Below are positions 53,200 through 64,000 of a stretch of 64,000 nt of DNA, in pieces. Origin of the DNA: Nageia nagi (taxonomy: Eukaryota > Plantae > Pinophyta); NCBI GenBank assembly GCA_050084985.1, contig JBITNC010000001.1, forward strand, positions 155,310,001-155,374,000, in the 5' to 3' direction. Under the pieces are notes generated by a model. It did no database searches and was not told where the DNA came from. It worked only from the letters and a program-made list of their open reading frames with translations. Position numbers and translations under genes: made by a program. The stretch's first letter is position 1. The number at the start of each line of letters is the position of its first letter.

Positions 53200-54452
53200 T
53201 GTGATGATCCAAAAATTAAATTTCCTTTTCAAACTAGCAATACAGGATCATCAAGCCCCAACGTCAGGTCTAGGGCATCCAATACACACATTCAAATCCT
53301 CAAGCATGCAACGTTAAGGTTAGAGCATTAACATTAAACATTTAGATACCCAAAATGCCAACGCCTAAGTATAACATGCAAGATCCAATGATTAATACAT
53401 CCACATGCCAACGTCTAGCATACAACAATGAATAACACATCAGAACACCAACGTCTGGCCCATACATGTACAATGAACATAAACAACCCAACGCATGCAC
53501 AAGAATGGAATGTACAAACACAATAATGAGATCCAAAGCCCTCTAGCTGTATATAAATGATATACAAAGGATGTAATACAATACCAAGCCCAATGGGCAG
53601 TTGTTGGCCTCAAGGGAGCCAACTAGGGCACAACACTCTAAAATCTTCAATGCTGAACAGCTGTAGAACCATAGGATAGATTTACTCCTTCAGATCCCGA
53701 ATCCTCTCCATTGAAGGAGCCCTCCTCGAAACCTGGCTAACTGATTGAACAGTAGAAGTAAACCCTCAGGATGCCATCGGATGGGCAAAGGTGCTCCACC
53801 AATGCCGTAGATAATCAGGACCCAACGCCTGACTACCCTCTAACGCTCCGCCTAGGAATGGAATGCTTAGCACCGCTAAGACTTGTGTCTAAAAGACTTA
53901 ACTAGTAGTAATGAATAATAATGTTTGTCCAGTAATGAAGCTCCAATGTCTATTTATACATTACTTGTGTCTGGATCTCACCTAGGAGTCATCCTAGGCC
54001 CATCTAATCCAAGGTTGGGCATTTGGGGGTTATGATCACTCATAGTGCCAACGTGGGGGTCATGATCACTCATAATGCCAACATGGGGTTATGATCACTT
54101 AAGATGCAAACGTGGGGTCCCTACCACTTAAACTGCCAATGTGGGGGTTCAGGAGTCCTCATGAGTCAACATGGGGGTGTGGGGCCCTTCCCAGTGTAGC
54201 GCTAGCATGTTGGTGGCCATCCATCATTCTCATGCATAAATATACCTTGGGATTCCCAAAATCCGACAAATGCCTAATCTACTACTTAGGAGGGAGACAT
54301 CCCACTTGGGGCTCACAGTGGGGTCCATTGACCCATTAAGTCTCCTATCTTAAGTTACAATTATAAAGTGTAAATACATGAATAAAGTATATTACAAAGA
54401 GGAACCTTTTGAACCCCACAATTAATTACAATTATACAAAAGGGATATCACA
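53200..54452 (-). mobile_element. Intronic solo LTR, 1253 bp
   Basis: TGTGAT...ATCACA termini and perfect TSD CATAA at 53195-53199 and 54453-54457. Minus-strand TATAAATAG near 53955. Confidence 0.9.
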
Positions 54453-55339
54453 CATAAGTCAAAGAAACAAATTCAAATCAATAAGAAGAAAGAAAAGGAA
54501 TAACACAACTGCAGGTTTGAATTTAATAAGAATTATATTCTACAAGATGATTTTCTTTATGAGTCTGTCACCAGGAAATTTGAAATTGCCATTATAAATG
54601 CTTACCTTCTTTATCAACCATATACTATTTAGGTGTATTGTATAAACATTAGTATTGCAAATGATGCAGCCCGAACTAGACCAACTCTATATTGCAGATG
54701 ACTGCATACACATTTGAAATTCATGCCTAAATTCAATTTGCACTGTGCAACAAGAAAGAAAACTCCTTTATGTTGCACAACAAGATCCAAGGATCGAAAA
54801 CTTTCAATATTGAGTTGCATGAAACTGAAACATGTAAATTTACCAAAATCAAAACACCATGCAAAACACAGGTCTCAAAACATCTCATAAATGGGGCAAG
54901 GATAAAGGAAATGGATAATAAAACAAAATCTGAAATTTCAAAACCATATACAAAAATAATTGAAGAAGATGAAAAATTCATGAAAACAAAACTACAATAA
55001 TTGATGTCAAAACACAGCTTTTACAGATGCTGTACACATCATACCCCATGCACAACTTGGGATGTAGCACAAACTTAGCTCTCAATCTTTAAAATTCTCA
55101 GAAGTAGCAGTAGAAATAGCTTCAACAAAAGAAACATGAAGAATATTTATCATACTCAAGACAAACACAGACAGAAATGTCAAAAGTTCAGATTGTTTAG
55201 ATTCACACCTTAATATTTTGGTTCCTTTGTAATGTACCTCTCCTATATAGAACAGAATAAAGAGTACAATGCACGAAGACAAAGAGTACAAACTCCACAC
55301 AAATCACATGAACAAAATTATCAAAGGATCGTCACTGAT

Positions 55340-55737
55340 GACAAGACCAGGAAGAAATTAATGCTGAGAGCAACCATGGTGTCAACTTGTCAAGGATTTC
55401 TTGGGTTCCAATAGCACACAAAGAGGGTTTCCCCATTAGGCGCATAAGTAGATATATAAACTTGGCAACACATGAACTCGCTAAATATTTGGTCGATCAA
55501 AAAACATTGATCACAAAGAACTTCGGACATTTTGTGAGCAAGTCAAAGAATTGCAACATCAACGATGGGAATATTTTTGTGAGTTTAGATATAGTATGTT
55601 AGTACACTAAAATCCTATTAAATATGGGATTGAAGGTCATCTATAACTTAGTTGACTAGGAAACCTTTGACTTCTTGAGGCTTTCTTTAAAGGCTACCTT
55701 CTTTTATTCTAAAGGGGATGTCTATGAACAAGCACAT
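55340..55737 (+). mobile_element. Penelope-like element (Dryad-like) reverse transcriptase fragment
   Basis: SRISWVPIAHKEGFPIRRISRYINLATHELAKYL...KNFGHFVSKSKN...IFVSLDIVC*YTKI...LKATFFYSKGDVYEQ parallels the PLE RT motifs PKIHK..PLRPI, TY.LAKYL, VSFDV.SLYT and F.F.G..YEQ. It is cut by an LTR at 55738. Confidence 0.78.
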
Positions 55738-57808
55738 TGAAATATTCCGTACAAGGGCCGACCCGGAATTGTGCCAAAGGGCCTCTCTAAAATAATCAAA
55801 ATTCACCAATAATTCCAATTAAGTCGTTCATGCACTGAACAAGCCCTATCCAAGCAACCAAGAAGCAGATGTCTAGCCTCTATGAGCCAAATTAGCAATC
55901 CAATCCTGATGTCTAGGTCCAAAATGACCCAACGTCCAACTTGAAGTGCATAAACTCAGCAATTAAGCATCCATAAATCCAATGTCTAGCTAGGAATGCA
56001 AGATATCATCCACGAAGTGCAATAATACTCATGCAAGCTAGACTTCTAGGCTAAATTGGCAAGAACACAAAATATAGCATCCATAAACTTAACGTCTAGC
56101 CTTCTAGGGCAAGATCTCACAAAATAACATAAATAATGAGCCACAAAAGGTAATTCTATTAATATTGCAAAGGAAACGGAATTACATGCCTTAGATCTAG
56201 AGCAATAATTGCATAGTTGTAGATCCTTGTGAGAAATGTTGAGAACAAATAACAAGCAACCAAGGTTGTCCCACAGAAGGGCAAGGCTTGTACTAGGACT
56301 TCCTCCTCCGCAAACTATGGCCAAGACATCAAGGTCTCTAGCAGTGTTCAGATAACCTAGGGTAATGCCAAAACACCTAAATAGCTAGCAAGTCCTTTGA
56401 GGTGTGTTATGCCTCAAAGTAGCGATTTGTACAACCCTGAAACCTCACTAAGTCTCAACACCTCCCTTGTGGGCTTTCACGACAAGAGGCAAGGGAAGGA
56501 GTCGACACCCACACCTGAAGAAGAGAAATAATTCCAAACAAGCACATCTTCAAGTGACATCTCCTCCTTTTAAAGACTCCATTTGGCCTTCATGCCCTAC
56601 GTCCACCTCTAGATGATTCCATGCGCCTTAAGATCAACATCATTGTCTTGGATATTCGAGATCTTCTCTTGGGGTGATACATTGCACTTATGGGTTTCTT
56701 GGGATCCATGAAATCTCATCCAATGGTGCCAGGTGCTCTTCAAGATGCCATGCCTCCATCTTGGAGTCTACTGCACCTAGGGATTAGTGATTCCCTCTTG
56801 TGATCCTTGTCCTCTACCCCTAGGAATGTGTCCATCTTAGGAGGAAGCATAATTACATAGAGAAGCATTTAAGTGCCTCGAGATGCCAAATTACAACTCA
56901 TCAAGGCCAAGATATGCAACGCCTCACTTAAGGAGACTAATATTGCCTTTACAATAATTATTTGCCTTGGTATTTTAATTACAATAATTATTTGGCATCC
57001 TTAATTGGCCCATGCAATTTACAAATATTTAATTAATAAAAATAACAAATAATGACGCATAGAGTCCAATGTCCCATGTTGGAGAGCCTCCAAGTGGGAT
57101 AAAAATATAAAATTAAGGCCTAAATATTAAAATACTCCTATTGGATATGAATCACACCTAAATTATTGAAATAACAATTGCACATCCCTAGAAGAGGGAC
57201 GTCACATTTCCAATAGTCAACTGGAAATAGAATTTTGGATTCTCGTGCGCACACCCGATACGAGAAATATGGCTTGGCGGGTGAACTTCCAAATGCCATA
57301 TTTTTCTTCATTTCTTGACGAAACCATGTCGTGTAACCTATCAAAACGATTGGCATGAGACTCTCTATCCATTTTTGCTGACAAATCGGCAATTCTTGGC
57401 TTGTGGAAGACGAAGTCCCTCCAAGACTAAAAATGAGTGGAACCCCAAAATTTGGGAATATTACAAATCTGTCCCTCTGAAAAATTGCTTGTCCCCAAGC
57501 AATGCCAATATATTTTCATCATTAATATTCCCAAATTTGTTGCTGAAGGAAGTTCTCCATGCTTCCGTTGTTCTATCCCAACTACCATTCCATCATGCTG
57601 AAGCTAAGCTACTTTGACTATGAGTACATTGTGCCACAATCGTGCTCTCTTCTTTTGAGCGAGAAAAAACAAGTGTACGAGTGCATCGTCAAGATCCGTA
57701 TGGGCTACAATTCCTTTCCATTCCAAAGGTTTCTCATTGCTATCCTTAATCTTAAGCCTTTTCTTCCAAATCTTTATAAGTGCAATGATGGAAGTCAAGT
57801 TGATAACC

Positions 57809-57932
57809 GAGTCTGCCGCTGCCCAGAATTTGCAAAGACTTCCTCTAAGATCTGTTGCCATGACAAAGAGTCTGCCGCTGTCCAGAATTTGCAAAGACTT
57901 CCTCTAAGATCTGGTTGCCATGCCAAAGAGTC
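57809..57932. repeat. 59/60-bp tandem duplication
   Basis: GAGTCTGCCGCTG...TTGCCATG.CAAA occurs twice, at 57809 and 57868. Confidence 0.9.
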
Positions 57933-58832
57933 CAAAATCTTTATCCAAACTGAGTCATGCTCATGCAGAGACATTTCTAGGTTGTCTCCATATTGTCCCA
58001 ATCCTTCACATGCATCAAGGATATTCCTTATCCCTTCTGGTTGTATGATGCAAAATTTTGTGAGTAACAAAGAATATAACCAAGCGAAGGGAACTGAAAA
58101 AACGAGGGGAGTCAACTAATTCTGTTCTTAAATCAGCAGTCATAACATCTACTAGCTTATGTATTTTGGGATCTTCTCTCCTTGGCATACCATTATTGAT
58201 TACCCAAAACACCATGTCATGTGCTTCTTCAATTGCAGTGCCAAGCATCACAGTCCAGGCTGCCTTCAAGTTCGCAGTCCCATCAGTCATTAGCGCAGCA
58301 AATGTTGTTAGAAATGCAGTCCTATGTGTGGCAGCACTCTTTATTAGTAATATAGTTACAGTCCATACCATAAATTCCAATGCAGCTGTTATGTTCCACT
58401 TAAGTGCTGCAGTTCCTGTACAAAGTTCAGTCCTTGTCACCTCTAAAGTCCTCAACAGAAACTCAACAAATATGAAGAACTTTGCCCCAAAAATCGTTAC
58501 TGTAACAATTCTCGTTATTTTTCCAAATTCATCTTCAAACATCCATACATACATTGCCATCCTTGACCATTCTGTTGTCTTAAACGCAACTGTTAATGCT
58601 CCAAAAGCCATCGGAGTCATGGTCAGATTTGTACCTCAAATGTTCTCAAGCCTGCAGCTGATGTTTTCATTATTGCGGTCTGAGATTTGTTTGGTGAAGC
58701 TGACCCAGACATCACACAAGCTGTTGCTACAAACTCTGTTACTGCATTCTTAAAACTAGGAGTGCAACCCAAAAAATCAGCAAATGTGTGGATTAATGTA
58801 CTGCAGTCAACACTCATCACTTTGGGGATATC

Positions 58833-60023
58833 TGTGGATCCAAACACAAACTCAAGAGCAATTAAACAAATTCAATTCAATAAACCCTAACATCTGGCCT
58901 AGGGCATCCGAATCAAACCCCAATAATGCACATATGCCAACATCTGACTACAACTATCAGATATCAATCAACACAATCCCATGATGCCAACGTCTAGCTC
59001 ATTCAAACACATACATGCGAAAGTAATCAAACGATGCCAATAGAAAAGTATACACAACACAAAAGTGAGATCCAAGTGCCCAACAGCTGTATAGAAGATA
59101 TGAATGTCACAACAATACAATACACGAGCTCCCAAAGCTGTATGATGGCCTCCAAAGAGCCAACTAGGGAAAATCGTGTATACTCAATGCTGGACGGACA
59201 AGTAGAACCATGGGACAGCCTCGCTCCCTCAGAACCATAATCCTCTCCACCGAAGGAGCCCTCCTCTAATCCTGGCAACCAACTAAATGGTAGAAGCTCA
59301 ACCTCAGAATAACACCGGATGGGCAAGGGTGCTACACCAATGTCGTAGACAATTAGGATCCCTCAACCTGATAGCCCTCCTAGATGCTGCACCTAGGGGA
59401 TTGCTTAGTGTTGCTAAGACTTATGTCCACAAGACAGTATCAAGAGATAATAGTATAATCAGGTATATCCAACAATGAGGCTCCAATGTCTCTTTATACA
59501 CTCAACTCTATCTGGATCTCACCTAAGTCATCACTCGATTCCTTAATCCCAATGTTAGCCTCCTGGAGGCCCATATGCCCAATGTGGGTGCCTAGGGGTC
59601 AAGCATGCCAACGTTTGGGCCTAAAGTGCCATTAATGCTAACTTGGGGGTCTAGGAGTGCCATGCATGCCCAACGTGCGTCTAGGAGCCATGCATGGGAT
59701 CTAGGTGTCATAATGGGCCAACGTGGGGGTCTAGGAGTCTCCCCAAGGCTAGCGCATGTATACAGGTGCCCATCCATCCACCTAAGTGTAAAACAGACCT
59801 TGGGATTCCCACAATCAAGATCGAGATCTCCAAGTATAATAAAACACCTAATCTATGCTTGGGAGGGAGACGTCCCACTTGGGGTTCACAGTGGGGTCCA
59901 TTGACCCATTAAGTCTTCTATTTCAAGCTACAATAGGAAAGTATAATGCAATAATAAAATATATTACAACAGGAATCTGTTGGATTCCACAATTAATTAC
60001 AATCATGCAAGGGGGATGTCACA
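58833..60023 (-). mobile_element. Solo LTR, 1191 bp, same family as 53200-54452
   Basis: TG...CA termini and perfect TSD ATATC at 58828-58832 and 60024-60028. Shares blocks such as CACAGTGGGGTCCATTGACCCATTAAGTC with 53200-54452. Confidence 0.9.
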
Positions 60024-61460
60024 ATATCGATTATTTGTGACAAGGTTATCCCAAGATCATTCTTAAAACCCAAATAGCTGAGTATAAAGTGAATACTCCC
60101 ATCATAAATTGAATCGAAATCTTTAATTTCTTCATCATGCTATTTCACAGCAGTCTGGTCACCTCCATCAATTGTATCTTCATCGTGTGTATGTATCTCA
60201 AAAGAGACATGTTGGGACTTTAAACATAACTCGTGGTAAAACGTCATCAACTTTTCCCTCAATCAATTTTTCATGTGTGCTACACACCTCCTTTGGCAAC
60301 GCAGTGTCTTCTTTATTATCTCTAGATTTGGCTTCTTATGGCTGGGCGACATCTCTCTTTTCTTCTTCAAACTTAGAGCTTTCTTCAGGATCCAATTCTA
60401 TTTCATCATCTTCTTCTTTGACCTCATCTTCTTCATGATTATTAAGCTCGATGAATCTTCGTATCCAATATACTAATGCCTTACTTTTATGGATTTTTCT
60501 ATTATCTGCCAAGAATTTTTTGAAGGGAACAATATCTTTAAGTTTTCATGTTTTCCTTCGTATTCCTCCAATAAGTCTTCCACTTCCCTCAAACATTCTT
60601 CGAATGACTGACCTGTATCTAATTCTTGTTTGTTCTTTATCTTGGGAATTAGTGAGATGTCTTGACTAGGATTACTCTAAGCAATGTCCAAAATTGGACG
60701 ACTTCCTCCAAATTTTAATTTACTCCTCAAATTAAAATTAAATAATTTCCTTCTAAAATATTTTCTTTTTCTCCAATTTAATTTTAAAAAATTTGAAATT
60801 AATTTCTAAAATTAAAAATAACTCCAAATAAATTTTTCAAACCTAAAATTAAATTTCTCCAAGGGTGGACGAATTTGTCTCGGAGCCCCGAATTGAATAG
60901 CACATGCCAAAATATCCTCCTTGGCCCAACATCATGCCTTCTTCCACTGTGTCTCCTTGTTGCAAGCAAAAATGGTTGATGTCACCCTCCTAGGTCAACA
61001 GTGGGCCAAGTTTGATGGCCAAGATCCCAATGTTGCACTCCTAGAGTGCCAACGAACTAGCTTGATACAGATCTTTTTCGTGTTCTATCTTCGAAATTGC
61101 TCTTGAATCACCAAAATATATTCTTCTTTGTCAAAACTAGTCTTTCGGAGTATCCTAATTTCAAGATCTGTGGGTTATGGGCCCAAAATTTTTGTCACAA
61201 TGGCAAAATGTGACACCTCTAACCTCCATGTCTGCCCTCTTGAGCTCTAAAACTTCAAATCTTGGTGCAAATCCTCCAACGTATTACTCCTAATGATAGA
61301 ATTTCATAGATCCTAGGGTGTGATTACCTCTTCTAGGCCCAACGAATCTCTACAAAACTTCCAATCCTCCAAATTTGACATAAAAACCCTCAACGTCTCT
61401 CTCCAAAGGCCTAGATCTCGAAATCTAGGTGCAAAATTCTCTCTCTGATTGCCCCAAATG

Positions 61461-62833
61461 TGTAATGTCCCCATTTTTGTGGTGTTTTCCCCATTTCACC
61501 TTTGATAAATGGGAACATTAGCTTAGGTGTGATTTTGTCTATTTTTGTAGGTCTTGGCCAAATAATGTAATTTCCACTTAGAGACTTAGTTAGAAGCTCT
61601 AATTATGGAACAAATGGCCCTTTTTATTTATTTATTGCATTTAGTTAAGTACCTAAAATGCCAATAATGATGTATTTATGGTACCAAGGCAATTATATTT
61701 GTAAATGCAATATTAGTCACCCTAAAAGAGGCATTGCATATTATTAGCCTTAATAGTTGTAATATTGGCATTTAATGTATCTCTAGTCATTAGTGCTTCC
61801 CTCTTCAAGGTAGAGCATCCCCCTAAGTGACTGCACCAACTACGAGGCATCTAGAGAGCACCCAAGCTTGGACATGGCATTCCAAGGAGTTATTTGGCAT
61901 TCCTAGGCATTGGAAGAACCCCACATTTGGACGTTGGGCATTTAGGGCCTAATTCACCCCCATGTTGGAGTTTTGGGCATCCCAAGGCCTCATGTCACCT
62001 CTCTTGGGTGTTGGACACCTGGCGCTGATCCCAAGGCACATCGACCTCACCACCACTTGGACGTTGCACTACTGGACCATTGGATGTGATCTCACCTATC
62101 CTGAGGCAGCATGTCTTGGACAATGATAACGTGAGCACACGGATCACATCTCCTCACCATTGAATCATCTCAATGCAAGATTAGAAGAGAGATTACATCG
62201 CCTATAATAGGAGGACTCCTGGACATTCCAAAGTATGTGATTATTGATTATAAACCCTTTTTATCAAATTGAGTGTGAGAACTCTATCTTCGTCACTTGT
62301 AGGGAAACCTCCATTTGAGGTCTTGAGGTCATAGGAGGCTAGCCTCAAGCTTACTCCAGCCATCTTGAGAGGAACACTGTTGGTTCCATCACAGAAGATG
62401 TGGGGAAGTCCTGAACTTTACCTTGTCATTGTTGCGATTGGTGAAGCCCTGGAGCTATCCAACATAACCCTATTGGAGGAAGTCTTGATACAAGCTCCTT
62501 AGGTCAAAATATATTTATGTAATTGTGCTTTAGCATTTTTCTTATCAATACAATTACATATTTCTGTCATTTTTGCTATAGCTGTCCTCTTATGCTAGAC
62601 ATTGGATTTGGAAGCATAACTACATTGTTAAATTACTATTTTCCCTTCCTGGTTGCAACGTTGGATCTGGAGTGCTATTTTAGAAGTTAAATATTTATTT
62701 GAGTTTCATTGTGCATGCATTGGGTTATTGGAAATATTTTTGCATGTTCGTAATTGTATTTGCTCAATTTGGCTAGACATTGGATATTTTGTGGTATTTT
62801 GAGCATCTCTAGGAGAATTTAGAGAAAAAAGGC
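61461..62833 (+). mobile_element. Probable solo LTR related to the inverted 55750-57206 segment
   Basis: Starts TGTAATGTCCCC. Candidate TSD AAATG at 61456-61460 and 62834-62838. 61680-61775 resembles the reverse complement of 56880-56975. The 3' CA is not clean. Confidence 0.65.
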
Positions 62834-63149
62834 AAATGTCCCTCTCCTAGGGCACATTTGAGCATGATCTCTTGGTTTGGGATCATCACAAAATGTGCCA
62901 TGAACTCAAGACTGGAAAATTGCAAATCTAGAAGCCTAGAATGCCTCCTCAACCTCAAGAACCCTCCAAGATGACTCTCATTACACTTAGTCAATCTTAC
63001 CCCTGGTCCAAGACGTCTAGGACTAGGCACGCCAATTTGGGTGGGTGCCCAAGCATAAACCAAAAATGGTGCGATTAGGCTTGTGGCACGCCTCCAAATG
63101 CAGGAAATCCTTGAAGTAATGAAAATGACTTGAAAAAATGCAATCTAAA

Positions 63150-63865
63150 ACAGGGCGCACGTTTTAGGGGATGTGCTTTTGCTCCTTTACTCCACACAAG
63201 GCTCCAAATTTAGCTATCCAAATTGATTAACTGAGGCTGACCTTCCTTTTATAGCCTTCTCACGGCTGGACAGGTGTGACTTTGTGATTGGTGCAGGTGA
63301 AGATCAAATGCATATGGTCAAACTTGTCAACATTTGGATCCAACACTTAGCTATTTTTTACTCCTTGAAGTTGGGCACACCGTTTAGGGGACATGCAAAC
63401 GCATGTCTGTCAAAACATGCGCCTGAGCCGTTTTGGAACTTGCTCGAAAAAAGGACTAAGTATTTGAACCTCATTTTGCCTAGGCACACTGTTCAGAGGA
63501 CATACAAAAGCATGTCCCACAAAACTTGCGCCTAGCTCTTTTCCTTACAAACTTGATGACTTCAAAATATTCTAAGTATGGGACATCCACTTCCTTGGTC
63601 GCACCATTTTGGGGACATGCAAAAGCATGTCCCTCAAAACATGCGACTAGGGGAAAAACATGTTTTTTCTTCGAAAACTTGACCAGAATGACTTCCGAAT
63701 GAAAATGCAATGAAGGGGGTGTGAATTCTGCAGCATGAGGGACCTGAAAATGCAACTTTTACGGCCAAAAATGCAAGTCTGAATATTGAAAATGCAGCAT
63801 GAAGGAGGGTGCACGTTTTAGGGGATGTGAAAAAGCATGTCCCTCAAAACATGCACCTAAGGTAA
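63150..63865. repeat. Dispersed ~50-bp hairpin-forming repeats
   Basis: GGGACATGC-AAAA-GCATGTCCC and variants at about 63385, 63495, 63611 and 63820. Confidence 0.8.
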
Positions 63866-64000
63866 AATGCCAATTTCTTGACTGGATTTCATCATGAATG
63901 TGCAGATTTTGACATGTTTCCTCTAGCTGGACTAAGATGCATGCATTCCCTTAGACAAAATTTCTTCCATGCATTTATGTTCAATTTTACAAGGGTCCTC

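Larger units (their letters stand above)
55738..64000 (-). mobile_element. Non-autonomous (LARD-like) chromovirus-derived LTR element, 5' end beyond the window
   Basis: The 3' LTR region 55738-57465 has inverted termini TGTAATATTCC/GGAATATTTCA and a second LTR-like start at 57206. A PPT-like tract and LLGDKQFFRG tail lie at about 57466-57505. Degenerate internal ORFs at 57500-60690; no RT, RNase H or integrase motifs recognised. Confidence 0.65.

Noticed and set aside
54600-54700. Strong minus-strand donor AAG|GTAAG near 54605 as a candidate LysRS exon end
   Set aside because: The upstream sequence does not encode recognisable LysRS residues.
63150-63865. CRISPR-like appearance (palindromic repeats with differing spacers)
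   Set aside because: Eukaryotic TE context, degenerate repeats, irregular spacing and no cas genes.

Overview
AT-rich, retrotransposon-dominated plant nuclear DNA. It is most likely from a conifer or other gymnosperm; this is an inference from the style of the PPR N-terminus, a Penelope-like RT remnant and a very long TE-filled intron. The only intact-looking host gene is the 3' end of an organellar-type class II lysyl-tRNA synthetase (OVA5-like): 4 coding exons on the minus strand at 52055-52883, whose upstream intron appears to run past 64000. The rest is nested, decayed mobile DNA: (1) two L1-type LINEs; (2) a full-length chromovirus-like Ty3/gypsy element (4667-13376, TSD CATGT) carrying a TRIM-like element and a solo LTR of that same small family, sitting inside a spliced plant-mobile-domain (PMD) pseudogene; (3) a cluster of PLS-class PPR pseudogene fragments; (4) two Ty1/copia elements; (5) several solo LTRs with TSDs; (6) a hAT-type MITE; (7) a Penelope/Dryad-like RT fragment; (8) a non-autonomous LTR element. 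The most notable structures are a PPR fragment embedded in a 5.8-kb insertion that splits a copia LTR, and a microhomology-bounded insertion plus duplication at 47.6-49.8 kb that appears copied from the copia about 19 kb upstream. All calls come from manual reading and translation; no database searches or alignments were run.
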